Source of the DNA: a virus
Length of the DNA stretch: 42,741 bases
Virus record (IMG/VR): IMGVR_UViG_3300013947_000011
Span: 1-42,741 of that record
Strand: one strand, 5' to 3'
The notes beneath the pieces were generated by a model, which worked only from the letters and a program-made list of their open reading frames with translations, did not search any database and was not told the origin of the DNA. The position numbers were made by a program, and so were the translations under genes. Positions 24,783-33,976 of this stretch are shown here, one piece after another. Numbering within the stretch: the stretch's first letter is position 1; each line of letters opens with the position of its first letter.

Positions 24783-25181
24783 ATGCACAAAAGTACCACT
24801 TCGCAGTGGACGAAACTGATCGATATCAAGGAATTCCCCGACCTGGGCGGCGACCCCGACATGCTGGAAACTACCACGCTTTCTGACAAGATGCAGACCT
24901 TCATTGCGGGCATCCAGTCCATGGACGGCCTGTCCTTTACCGCCAACTACACCTTGGCCGATTATAAGGCGCTCAAGGAGCTGGAGGGCAAGCAAGAGGA
25001 TTACGCCGTCTGGTTCGGTGGCACCGAGAATGCGGGGACGCTGAATCCTTCCGGCTCTGACGGCAAATTCAGCTTCAAGGGCGAACTGTCCGTGTACCCC
25101 ACCGGCGGCGGCGTCAATGAAGTCGTGGGCATGGCTATCACCATCGCGCCCTCGACCGTAATCAACCTGGATGAAGATTAA
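24783..25181 (+). CDS. Major tail (tube) protein
   Basis: WTKLIDIKEFPDLGGDPDMLETTTLSD motif. The 5' end is uncertain (see findings). Confidence 0.7.
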   Translation: MHKSTTSQWTKLIDIKEFPDLGGDPDMLETTTLSDKMQTFIAGIQSMDGLSFTANYTLADYKALKELEGKQEDYAVWFGGTENAGTLNPSGSDGKFSFKGELSVYPTGGGVNEVVGMAITIAPSTVINLDED

Positions 25182-25195
25182 GGAGGAAACAGAAC

Positions 25196-25531
25196 ATGGC
25201 AAAGACGCTTACTATTAATGACCCCGTGACCGGCATTGCGTACACCCTGGAGTATACCCGCAAGACCGTGGAGCTTATGGAAAAAGAAGGGTTTGTTGCG
25301 ACCGAAGTTGAAAGCAAGCCTATGACCAGACTCCCCGCGCTGGTTGCTGGAGCTTTTAAGGCACACCACCGGTTCGTCAAGCGCGATGTGATCGACCGGC
25401 TTTACGCGGGTATGACTAAGAAGGACGAGCTGATCGGCAAGCTGGTTGAGATGTACAACGACCCCATCATCGCCCTGCTGGACGAGCCTGCGGAAAGCGA
25501 GGAAAACCCTACCTGGACGGCGAACTGGTAA
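25196..25531 (+). CDS. Tail assembly chaperone (gpG-like)
   Basis: Position between the tube and tape-measure genes. AAGGAGG RBS. Confidence 0.7.
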   Translation: MAKTLTINDPVTGIAYTLEYTRKTVELMEKEGFVATEVESKPMTRLPALVAGAFKAHHRFVKRDVIDRLYAGMTKKDELIGKLVEMYNDPIIALLDEPAESEENPTWTANW

Positions 25532-25956
25532 ACGAGTCGCCGTCGAATAAAGCGGGGGAGCCAATCCCCCGCTATTCCGATAAATTCTATGAGCTGTTTC
25601 CCTATTATCTGGCCATCGGCATGACCTATAACCAGTACTGGGACGAGGACTGCGAACTGGTCAAGTATTACCGGGAAGCAGCAAAAATCAAACGCGATTT
25701 GACGAACCAGACCGCATGGCTGCACGGCGCATACATTTATGAAGCCGTGGCGGATTTGGCCCCCATTCTCCGCATGGGCGGCAAGAAGGGTACCAGGCCG
25801 AAGCCGTACCGCGATTCCCCGTTCGACCTGTATGCACAGGATGAGAAGCCCAAGAAACGGGAGCAAGGTGACAAGAAAGCGCGGTCCGTCATGGAAATGT
25901 TTATGATCGCGAACAACAAACGATTTGAACAGGGAGGTGGTAAGAATGGCGGATAA
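25196..25956 (+). CDS. Putative -1 frameshift fusion chaperone (gpGT-like)
   Basis: The -1 frame is open from 25450 to 25956 with no start codon before 25621. It encodes a conserved-looking segment (YSDKFYELFPYYLAIGMTYNQYWDEDCELVKYYREA). Confidence 0.4.
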
Positions 25957-28909
25957 TGTGGAAATCCAGGGGTTAGAGTTCCAAATCAAGGAAAACAGTG
26001 ACAGCGCTGTAGCGTCCCTGGAGAAGCTGCAAAATACCCTGGTTCGGCTGAAAGCGGCCACGTCTGGAGGTGTGTCGGCTCTGCGCACTACCGCCAGGCA
26101 GCTGGATTCCCTGAACAAGGCCCTGGAAAACACCAGCGCAGATAAGCTCCAGCGGCTCCGGTCTTTGACCAGCGGGCTGAAAAGCCTGAGTGAGGTCAGC
26201 GACGTTAGAATCTCCAGTTCCGTGCCGAACCAAATCACCGCACTTTCTACGGCACTGAGCCAAATCAAGACAACGGACGGCGATAAGCTGATTGCCCTCG
26301 CAGACGGAATGCGCCCGCTCTCTGAGTTGGGACGTTCCAATCTCACATCGTTTATCAACCAGCTTGGAAGGCTCCCGGAGGTCATGCGGGAGCTTGATGC
26401 AGCGGATTTGGATATGTTTAACCGCCAAATGCGGGAGCTTGCGGCGGCGATTCGCCCGTTGTCTGACGAGATGCAGCGCCTTGGAACAGGCTTTGCCGCG
26501 CTACCTGCCAGACTCCAGCGGGCCATTACGATGGTGAACCAGTACAATGGTGCCGTGCAGCGCGGGGCGCGCAGAACAAGCGCATTCAGCAGGGCCACGG
26601 GCATGATTCGGTTCGGTGTCTTGTATGCCGGATTGCGGCGTGTGGTGGACCTTATCGGCACGGCTATTACGGAATCCAATACGTACCAAGAGGACCTGAA
26701 CCTGTTCAACGTCGCGCTGGGCAAATACGCAAAGGAAGCGCAGAACTACGCGGAAAAAGCGTCGTCCGTGATTGGCATCGACCCGGCGCAGTGGATGCGG
26801 AATCAAGGCGTGTTCCAGACGCTTTTGACCGGATTTGGCGATACAGAGGACCGGGCATACACCATGAGCAAGAACCTGACGCAGCTGGGCTATGACCTGT
26901 CCTCCTTCTTCAACATCTCTGTTGAGGAATCCATGCAGAAACTACAATCCGGCATTTCTGGCGAGTTGGAGCCTCTGAGACGGTTGGGCTATGACCTGTC
27001 CGTTGCACGATTGCAGCAGGAAGCGCTGAATCTGGGCATCACGAAGAGTGTTTCCGCCATGACTCAGGCGGAAAAGGCGGAACTGCGTTACTACGCCATT
27101 ATGACACAGGTGACTACCGCGCAGGGAGATATGGCCCGAACGCTGGAAGCCCCCGCTAACCAGCTGCGTATACTTAGAGCGGAAATCACCCAGGTGACCC
27201 GGGCAATCGGTAATCTGTTTATCCCGATTCTGACTAAGGTACTTCCTTATGTTATTGCGTTTCTGCAAATCGTCCGCGAGTTGGCGAACGCGCTGGCCAG
27301 CCTGTTTGGGTTTGAGCTTACGGACGTTGACTGGGACGGCGTTAATCGCGGCGCTACCGCTGCCGGGGAGCTTTCGGACAACATGGACGCAGCTGTAGAC
27401 GCTGCCAAGGAGTTCAAGCGCTATACCATGGGCTTTGACGAATTGAACATCCTGCCGTCTAACACGGGTTCTTCCGGCGGAACGGACACTGGCGCTACCG
27501 GTTCCGTGGGGCTTGGCATTAATTTGCCCGAGTACGGATTCCTGGATGGGGCTGTTCAGAACAAGGTTTCCGAAATCAAACAGACCATCGAAGATAATAT
27601 TGCGGAAATCAAGGCCGCATTGGGGGCGGCTGATTTCGTTATTGGCGCGATTCTCGCCTTTACAGGAATTAACGTTCCCGTCGGCATTGCTATGATGGCA
27701 AGCGGCCTTGCGCTGATGATCTCCGGTAACGAAGATAACCCGGACGCTGTGAAGAATGTTCTGGATGGCGCTATCGCAAACATCGACCTTGTGAGCGGAA
27801 TTGCGGCGCTGGTTATCGGCGCAATCCTTGCCTTTTCCGGGGCAAACATTCCCATCGGTATTGGCCTTATGGCCTTTGGAGCAACGGAATTGATTGCGTC
27901 TCAAACCCTGACGTGGGATAAACTGTCGGAGGACGTCAGACAAATTATTGGCGGACTGGTCACATTCGTTGCATTGGGCGCACTGGCGGTAGGCGCTATT
28001 TTGGCATTCTCCGGGGCGAATATCCCGCTGGGCATTGCCTTGATGGTGGCCGGTGCGTTCGTGCTGGCCACAGCGATTATCCCAAAGTGGGATGAAATGC
28101 CCGATTCCGTGAAAAAAACAATCACAACGGTCATGGCGATACTCGGTGCCGCCCAATTGGCAATTGGCGCACTACTCACGTTTACTGGGGCGAACATTCC
28201 TCTGGGCATCGCCCTAATGGCAATCGGGGCGGCGTCTCTTGCGACAGCTGCGGCGCTGAACTGGGACACCGTCTCGACGTTCTTGAAAAAGGCAATCTCT
28301 TATATCGCGGGTATCGTTGGCGGTGCGCTCATGGTTCTCGGCGTTTTGCTATGTCTGTCCGGTGTTGGAATCGGCCTTGGCCTTGCGGTGCTTGCCGCCG
28401 GGCTTGCATCGTCTTACGCTGCGTGGAAGCTGGATGACAACCCCGTTACGCGCTTCGTAAAGAAGATGGCTAACGGAATTATTTCCATTGTCAACGTCGT
28501 AATCGACGCGGTGAATGAGATGTTCCATCTGGACTTTAAGGGCCTGAAAATTGGCGGTGTTCAGATTATTCCCGCTTTCAATAAGCGATTGGTGAACATT
28601 CCGAAGATCAAACAGTTCTCCGAGGGCGGCTTCCCCAATGAAGGACAGTTATTCATCGCCCGTGAAGCTGGCGCGGAGATGGTGGGCAACATCGGCAGGC
28701 GCACTGCCGTTGCGAACAACGACCAAATCGTCTCCGCCGTGTCTGATGGCGTGTATCGAGCTGTAATGTCCGCCATGTCCAATAAGGATGGAGCGAGTGG
28801 GGATATCAATCTCACCATCAATATGGACGGCGACGTGGTATATCGCGGTGTCGTGAAGAAGAACAAAGAGGTAGTCCGGGCAACCGGAAAATCTCCCCTG
28901 TTCGCGTAA
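25946..28909 (+). CDS. Tape measure protein
   Basis: 987 aa, coiled-coil N-terminal half, and five hydrophobic 58-aa repeats. Confidence 0.9.
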   Translation: MADNVEIQGLEFQIKENSDSAVASLEKLQNTLVRLKAATSGGVSALRTTARQLDSLNKALENTSADKLQRLRSLTSGLKSLSEVSDVRISSSVPNQITALSTALSQIKTTDGDKLIALADGMRPLSELGRSNLTSFINQLGRLPEVMRELDAADLDMFNRQMRELAAAIRPLSDEMQRLGTGFAALPARLQRAITMVNQYNGAVQRGARRTSAFSRATGMIRFGVLYAGLRRVVDLIGTAITESNTYQEDLNLFNVALGKYAKEAQNYAEKASSVIGIDPAQWMRNQGVFQTLLTGFGDTEDRAYTMSKNLTQLGYDLSSFFNISVEESMQKLQSGISGELEPLRRLGYDLSVARLQQEALNLGITKSVSAMTQAEKAELRYYAIMTQVTTAQGDMARTLEAPANQLRILRAEITQVTRAIGNLFIPILTKVLPYVIAFLQIVRELANALASLFGFELTDVDWDGVNRGATAAGELSDNMDAAVDAAKEFKRYTMGFDELNILPSNTGSSGGTDTGATGSVGLGINLPEYGFLDGAVQNKVSEIKQTIEDNIAEIKAALGAADFVIGAILAFTGINVPVGIAMMASGLALMISGNEDNPDAVKNVLDGAIANIDLVSGIAALVIGAILAFSGANIPIGIGLMAFGATELIASQTLTWDKLSEDVRQIIGGLVTFVALGALAVGAILAFSGANIPLGIALMVAGAFVLATAIIPKWDEMPDSVKKTITTVMAILGAAQLAIGALLTFTGANIPLGIALMAIGAASLATAAALNWDTVSTFLKKAISYIAGIVGGALMVLGVLLCLSGVGIGLGLAVLAAGLASSYAAWKLDDNPVTRFVKKMANGIISIVNVVIDAVNEMFHLDFKGLKIGGVQIIPAFNKRLVNIPKIKQFSEGGFPNEGQLFIAREAGAEMVGNIGRRTAVANNDQIVSAVSDGVYRAVMSAMSNKDGASGDINLTINMDGDVVYRGVVKKNKEVVRATGKSPLFA
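27626..28475 (+). repeat. Five tandem 174-bp (58-aa) hydrophobic glycine-zipper repeats inside the tape measure gene
   Basis: The GAILAFSGANIPLGIALMA-type core recurs at 27644, 27818, 27992, 28166 and 28340, exactly 174 bp apart. Confidence 0.9.
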
Positions 28910-28922
28910 GGAAGGAGGACGC

Positions 28923-29294
28923 ATGGCAATCATCACGGTAAAAAAGAAAGACGGAACCACTGTGCCGCTCCCTGACCCTAAGTCTTTTTCCTGTGGATTG
29001 CAGGATGTAGATGCGGACGGTTCCGGCAGAAACCAGAACGGTGACGCGTTTCGCGACAGAGTGGCCAGAAAGCGGAAATGGACCATGGAATGGCCCCCTC
29101 TGACTGCTGAACAGTGCTCCACAATCCTGAAAGCCGTCACGGACGTGTTTTTCCAGGCGACAGGGCCAGACGCGGAGGACGGCGCAAACCGCACTATGAC
29201 GTGCTATGTGGGCGACCGAACTACGCCCATGTATTCCTGCATTGACGGAGAATGGAGATGGGAAAGCCTGTCCATGAATTTCGTGGAGAGGTGA
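28923..29294 (+). CDS. Distal tail protein-like (small, DUF6711-like)
   Basis: Position after the tape measure gene. RKRKWTMEWPPLTAEQCSTILKAV pattern, recognised from memory. Confidence 0.5.
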   Translation: MAIITVKKKDGTTVPLPDPKSFSCGLQDVDADGSGRNQNGDAFRDRVARKRKWTMEWPPLTAEQCSTILKAVTDVFFQATGPDAEDGANRTMTCYVGDRTTPMYSCIDGEWRWESLSMNFVER

Positions 29295-29298
29295 CGCC

Positions 29299-30945
29299 GT
29301 GTACAATGTCTCTTCCGCGTTTCATACCGCATTTGCGGATTATGGCCGCGAGATCAAGGGTAAAGTGATTTTCAACGGGCAGACGGAGCTTGACGGGTAT
29401 TATCTTCAGGAGATTACCGCAACACCGGCGTTTGATTCCTCGGACGGTATCTCCGTTGGCTCCGCCTGTTCCGGGCGGTGCAAAATCCGCATTTACAAGC
29501 CGGATGAGCCGCTGCAATTGTCCGGCGGGTATTTTGTGCCGTATATCGGCATCTTCGTTCCGGGCGGCGATGCAAGCACAACCGCCATTGCCGGTCAGGC
29601 CGTGGCAGGCAAGGCAATCGTCGGCGTAAGCGCCGCAGGGTCCGGGGTGGAGTATGTCCCACTGGGCCGATACTACATTCCCACAGACGGCATAGAGGAT
29701 TTGGGGTATGGCTGGGAAATCACCGGCTATGATCAAATGTCCTCCCTGACGGAGAAGTACACCCCGCAAATCGAGTTCCCCGCCACGCCCGACGCTATGC
29801 TGACAGACCTGTGCGCCCAAAGCGGCTTAACACCCCCGGAAGCAAATTTCCCGGATATGACCATCGAATCCGTGTTTGATGGGACCATCCGTCAGCAACT
29901 GGGGTGGCTGGCTGGTCTGTGTGGCAAATCCGCGCACTTCGACCGGGACGGCAATCTGGTATTCAAGTGGTACACAAAGGCGACTTTTCAGGTCAGCCGG
30001 GAGCAACAGTACATGTCTGGCCTGACCCGCACGGCAGACGGCCTGTTCACTGTGACCAGCCTTACCACCGGCACGGAGGATGAGCCTATTACGTCCGGCA
30101 CCGGCTTGGGTATCACGTCCACAAACCCGTACATGAATCAAGACGTTGCGGACCTGATTCAGCCAGAGGTGGAGATGTCCTTCCTGCCCTGCGACGTGAA
30201 ATGGCGCTGTGACCCTTCTATTGAGGTGGGCGACATTATCCAGGTGGAGGGCGATACCGGCGAATGGCTGGACGTGTGCGTTATGGATCAGGAAATCCAC
30301 CTGTACGGCGGTCTGTCCTGCACAATGCACAGCTACGCCCCGCAAGATGCGGATTACGCCATGGAAAGCCCTACAGAGCAGCGCATCAAACGGGCTTATG
30401 AAGGGCTTACCAAGGCCATGCAGAACGCCACGCAGAAAATCATCGGGGCAAAGGGCGGGTATTATGAGCTGACCCTGGACGAGCAAGGGTTCCCCATCGG
30501 GTGGACCCTGCGGGACACGCCCACCATTACGCCCAATACCCGGATGTGGATTATGTCCACAGGTGGTCTGGGATTCTCCAAGGACGGCGGTAGCACCATT
30601 TCCGGTGTTGCCCTGACCATGGACGGCGAGATCAATGCGAATGTCATCACCGCTGGGCAGATGTCTGCCGAAAGAGTCACCGTCAACGGCCAGACGCTTT
30701 CGGACTTCATCGACGCTGGTATTGACGACGATGGACATCCGGTGCTGCGTATCGGTTCTTCTGCGTCGGAAATCGTCCTGAAGGAGTACAACGACAAAAT
30801 CGGATTCTACGATACCTCCGGTACCTTGCTGGCGTACTGGAACAACAACAGCTTTGAGCTGGTGGAGCTGAGCAAGTTCCGCCTGGGGCCCATGGGCATT
30901 ATTGTACAGCCCAACGGGTCAGTGTCCTTCGTGGGGGTAAGTTAA
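29299..30945 (+). CDS. Tail-associated / baseplate hub-like protein
   Basis: GTG start after GGAGAGG. Synteny. Confidence 0.6.
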   Translation: MYNVSSAFHTAFADYGREIKGKVIFNGQTELDGYYLQEITATPAFDSSDGISVGSACSGRCKIRIYKPDEPLQLSGGYFVPYIGIFVPGGDASTTAIAGQAVAGKAIVGVSAAGSGVEYVPLGRYYIPTDGIEDLGYGWEITGYDQMSSLTEKYTPQIEFPATPDAMLTDLCAQSGLTPPEANFPDMTIESVFDGTIRQQLGWLAGLCGKSAHFDRDGNLVFKWYTKATFQVSREQQYMSGLTRTADGLFTVTSLTTGTEDEPITSGTGLGITSTNPYMNQDVADLIQPEVEMSFLPCDVKWRCDPSIEVGDIIQVEGDTGEWLDVCVMDQEIHLYGGLSCTMHSYAPQDADYAMESPTEQRIKRAYEGLTKAMQNATQKIIGAKGGYYELTLDEQGFPIGWTLRDTPTITPNTRMWIMSTGGLGFSKDGGSTISGVALTMDGEINANVITAGQMSAERVTVNGQTLSDFIDAGIDDDGHPVLRIGSSASEIVLKEYNDKIGFYDTSGTLLAYWNNNSFELVELSKFRLGPMGIIVQPNGSVSFVGVS

Positions 30946-32669
30946 TGGCAAGCATTTACGGCGCAAAATCTTCCACCGGCTGGCAATTGCGGCTGGATTA
31001 CAGCATTTCTCAGAGCATTGCGGACAACAAGTCCACTCTGGCCCTGACACTGTACATCTATGACGGCACCGGCGAGAGCTACAACCTGGACGCCAACAGC
31101 TGCTATTACACCCTGCAAGGCACCAAGGTATACAATCCGTACCGGTACAATTCCAAGGGCTGGTACAAGCTGGGCAGCAAGTCCGTCACCGTAGCTCATA
31201 ACAATGTGGGCAAGGGGTCCGTGGCGCTTTCTGCGGACTGGCACAGTGGATTCACGTCGTCCTACACGCCGTCGAGTTTGTCTGTCTCCGGCACGGTCAA
31301 TCTCCCGGATATCCCCCGGGCATCTTCCGTGTCGGCGTCCGGCCTTGTGCTGGGTTCTGCCGGGACACTTGCAGTGACCCGTGCCGTGAACACCTTCACG
31401 CACACCGTCAAACTCAAATGCGGCTCTGCGGCGCAGGTGACTGTAGCAACGAAGTCCAGCGCCACTTCCATTCCGTACACGCCGCCCCTGGATTGGGCCG
31501 TGCAGAATACGTCTGGAACCTCCGTAAACATCACGGCGGAGATCACCACCTACAACGGGGACGCCGTGGTGGGCACCAATACGACCACACTGACAGCGTC
31601 CATCCCCGCATCGGTAAAGCCCACCCTGTCCGTAAGCCTGGCCGACGCCTCCGGGTATCAGCCTACTTACGGCTGGGTGCAGGGCAAAAGCAACCTGAAA
31701 GCCACGTTTTCCGTTGCTGGGTCTTATGGCAGCACCATCAAGGCCAAGTCTCTGACCATAGGTGGGAAAGCCGCCAGCCCGGACGGGGACAATGCCCTTA
31801 CCGGAAGCGGCACAGTAGCCGTTGTAGCCACCGTCACGGACAGCAGAGGACGCACGGCATCCGTTACCCAGAACATCACTGTGAACGCGTACAGCGGCCC
31901 AGGAATCCAGAATTTAACCTTTGTGCGCGGCTCTTACGCGAACGGCGTGTGGACGGAAAACGCCATGGGCGCGGATATCAAACTGACGTTCACCCTGTCC
32001 GTTCAGCTGACCGGGAACAAGGCATCTGTGGAGATCACCGGCGCGTCCACGCTGGCGAATCAGACCAGCGGCGCAAAGACCGTGTATCTGGTGGCCTTTG
32101 GCACGGACACGACCGGTGTTGTGCAGGTCAAAGCTACGGATGCGCTGGGCACTGTTGTAACGCGGGAAATCACCATCCCCACCGTTTCGGTACCCATGAA
32201 TATGAGCTTCACTCTGCCCGGGATATGCTTCGGCGGCGTGGCCGAGCATGAGAAGGTGGTGGAGTACAAATGGCCCATCCGGTATCTGGGCAAGTCCCTC
32301 CTGGACTACCTCCACCCCGTCGGCAGCATCTATCAGTCCACGGACCCCACATCCCCGGCGGACCTGTTTGGCGGCACCTGGGAGCAGATCAAGGACGTAT
32401 TTCTTCTGGCGGCAGGCGATTCCCACGAGGCCGGGGCCACCGGCGGTGAGGAAACGCACGTCCTGACGGCGGCGGAGATGGCGGACCATACCCACGGCTA
32501 CGATTACACGGGCCAGAGCGACGCCACCGGCACCGGGGCCATTAAAATTGTATCTCCCGGCAGCACCGCCAACGCTTACACGGGCAAGGCTGCGTCCAAC
32601 TGCGGCGGCCAGGCCCACAACAACATGCCGCCGTACCTGACCGTGTACACATGGCGCAGGACGGCGTAA
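30945..32669 (+). CDS. Receptor-binding / tail fibre protein (DUF859-like N-terminus, tail-collar-like C-terminus)
   Basis: C-terminus PVGSIYQSTDPTSPADLFGGTWEQI...GGEETHVLTAAEMADHTH...NNMPPYLTVYTWRR. Confidence 0.65.
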   Translation: MASIYGAKSSTGWQLRLDYSISQSIADNKSTLALTLYIYDGTGESYNLDANSCYYTLQGTKVYNPYRYNSKGWYKLGSKSVTVAHNNVGKGSVALSADWHSGFTSSYTPSSLSVSGTVNLPDIPRASSVSASGLVLGSAGTLAVTRAVNTFTHTVKLKCGSAAQVTVATKSSATSIPYTPPLDWAVQNTSGTSVNITAEITTYNGDAVVGTNTTTLTASIPASVKPTLSVSLADASGYQPTYGWVQGKSNLKATFSVAGSYGSTIKAKSLTIGGKAASPDGDNALTGSGTVAVVATVTDSRGRTASVTQNITVNAYSGPGIQNLTFVRGSYANGVWTENAMGADIKLTFTLSVQLTGNKASVEITGASTLANQTSGAKTVYLVAFGTDTTGVVQVKATDALGTVVTREITIPTVSVPMNMSFTLPGICFGGVAEHEKVVEYKWPIRYLGKSLLDYLHPVGSIYQSTDPTSPADLFGGTWEQIKDVFLLAAGDSHEAGATGGEETHVLTAAEMADHTHGYDYTGQSDATGTGAIKIVSPGSTANAYTGKAASNCGGQAHNNMPPYLTVYTWRRTA

Positions 32670-32682
32670 AGGAGTGTATTAC

Positions 32683-33942
32683 ATGCCTGATATCAACATT
32701 ACCGTCACCGATAAGCGCCCGGTGTGTACCACCGGGACAACCGTTGTGTGCGACAACAGCGACTACACCGTGCACTGGGACCTGGATGAGGAATGGAGCG
32801 CATACGACACCAAGACCATGCGCGTGATCTACATGGACAGCACCTACGCCGACACCGTGTTTACCGGTGACAGCGTGGCTCTGCCGCCGGTGCCTGTGCC
32901 CGGTGTCGTGCAGATCGGACTCTATGCCGGGGATATCCACACCAGCCGCATGGCGCTCCTGCGTGCGCTGGCGTCTGTGCGGTCTGCCAGCGGTGCTCCC
33001 GCCAATCCCGCGCCCGATGTGTACGACCAGCTCATGGAGCGCATGAGCCAGATCGAGAATCCCGACTGGAACCAGAACGACCCCACAGCAAAGGACTACA
33101 TCAAGAACAGGACGCATTGGGTGGAGACTATCTACACGGAGATGTTCTCGGACGATGCCGTGCCGTTTGTTGACGGTGGATACGGGGCTAATTATGCACC
33201 GGATGAAGTGACATGGACTCTCACTCCCGGAGAAAATTATAAGATTGTGTTCGACGGTGTTGAGTATGAGTGTGATTGTCGGAGTTACTATTACTATGGC
33301 AGGACATGGACTTGGCTGGGGAACGGCTCTCTTCTCGCACCGTACAGTCAGTTCGCGGGGGATACTGGCCATCCGTTCTTGATTACCGCAACGAGTATGG
33401 CCGCCAAATCGGAGGGTAGCCATTCGATTCAAATCACTTCCGTCAGAGATGAGTATCATTGTCTTGACCCGATGTACCTAACGGACGTTGAGAGCGCATT
33501 GACTGATAACTCGAGACGGATTCTTGGTATGAATGCGTCGAATATTGTTACAACGGGAAATAGTGCATACGTTGCCGCCAATGAAACGGTTCAGCGGATT
33601 ATGATGAATAACAATTATTACAACAATTTGGACGCTCGGACACATTCCGTGTTCCTTATCGTTACTCCTACTGGCAAAACGTATAAGGATGTGCTTGGAG
33701 TCCTCCAGCTGCGTGTGCGACAGAATAATGGGACGGTAAATTTGACCCCTCGGAATTCTGACGGAACGACCGTGACTGGTGGTGAGCTTCCACCTGACTG
33801 TACGCTGTTAGCCGTAACGTGGACCGACCAGTTGTTGCTTCTCAACCCTGTTCAAACGGTTTCGCTGCCTGCTGTTACAACCTCCGACAACGGCAAAATC
33901 CTGAAAGTCGTAGACGGTGCTTGGGCCGTGGTTGATGCGTAA
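32683..33942 (+). CDS. Tail fibre-associated protein with a low-GC C-terminal module
   Basis: AAGGAG lies 8 nt before the ATG at 32683. There is a composition break near 33150. Confidence 0.55.
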   Translation: MPDINITVTDKRPVCTTGTTVVCDNSDYTVHWDLDEEWSAYDTKTMRVIYMDSTYADTVFTGDSVALPPVPVPGVVQIGLYAGDIHTSRMALLRALASVRSASGAPANPAPDVYDQLMERMSQIENPDWNQNDPTAKDYIKNRTHWVETIYTEMFSDDAVPFVDGGYGANYAPDEVTWTLTPGENYKIVFDGVEYECDCRSYYYYGRTWTWLGNGSLLAPYSQFAGDTGHPFLITATSMAAKSEGSHSIQITSVRDEYHCLDPMYLTDVESALTDNSRRILGMNASNIVTTGNSAYVAANETVQRIMMNNNYYNNLDARTHSVFLIVTPTGKTYKDVLGVLQLRVRQNNGTVNLTPRNSDGTTVTGGELPPDCTLLAVTWTDQLLLLNPVQTVSLPAVTTSDNGKILKVVDGAWAVVDA

Positions 33943-33976
33943 TGTGCCCGATTCGGGCACCGAAAGGAGTGATTCA

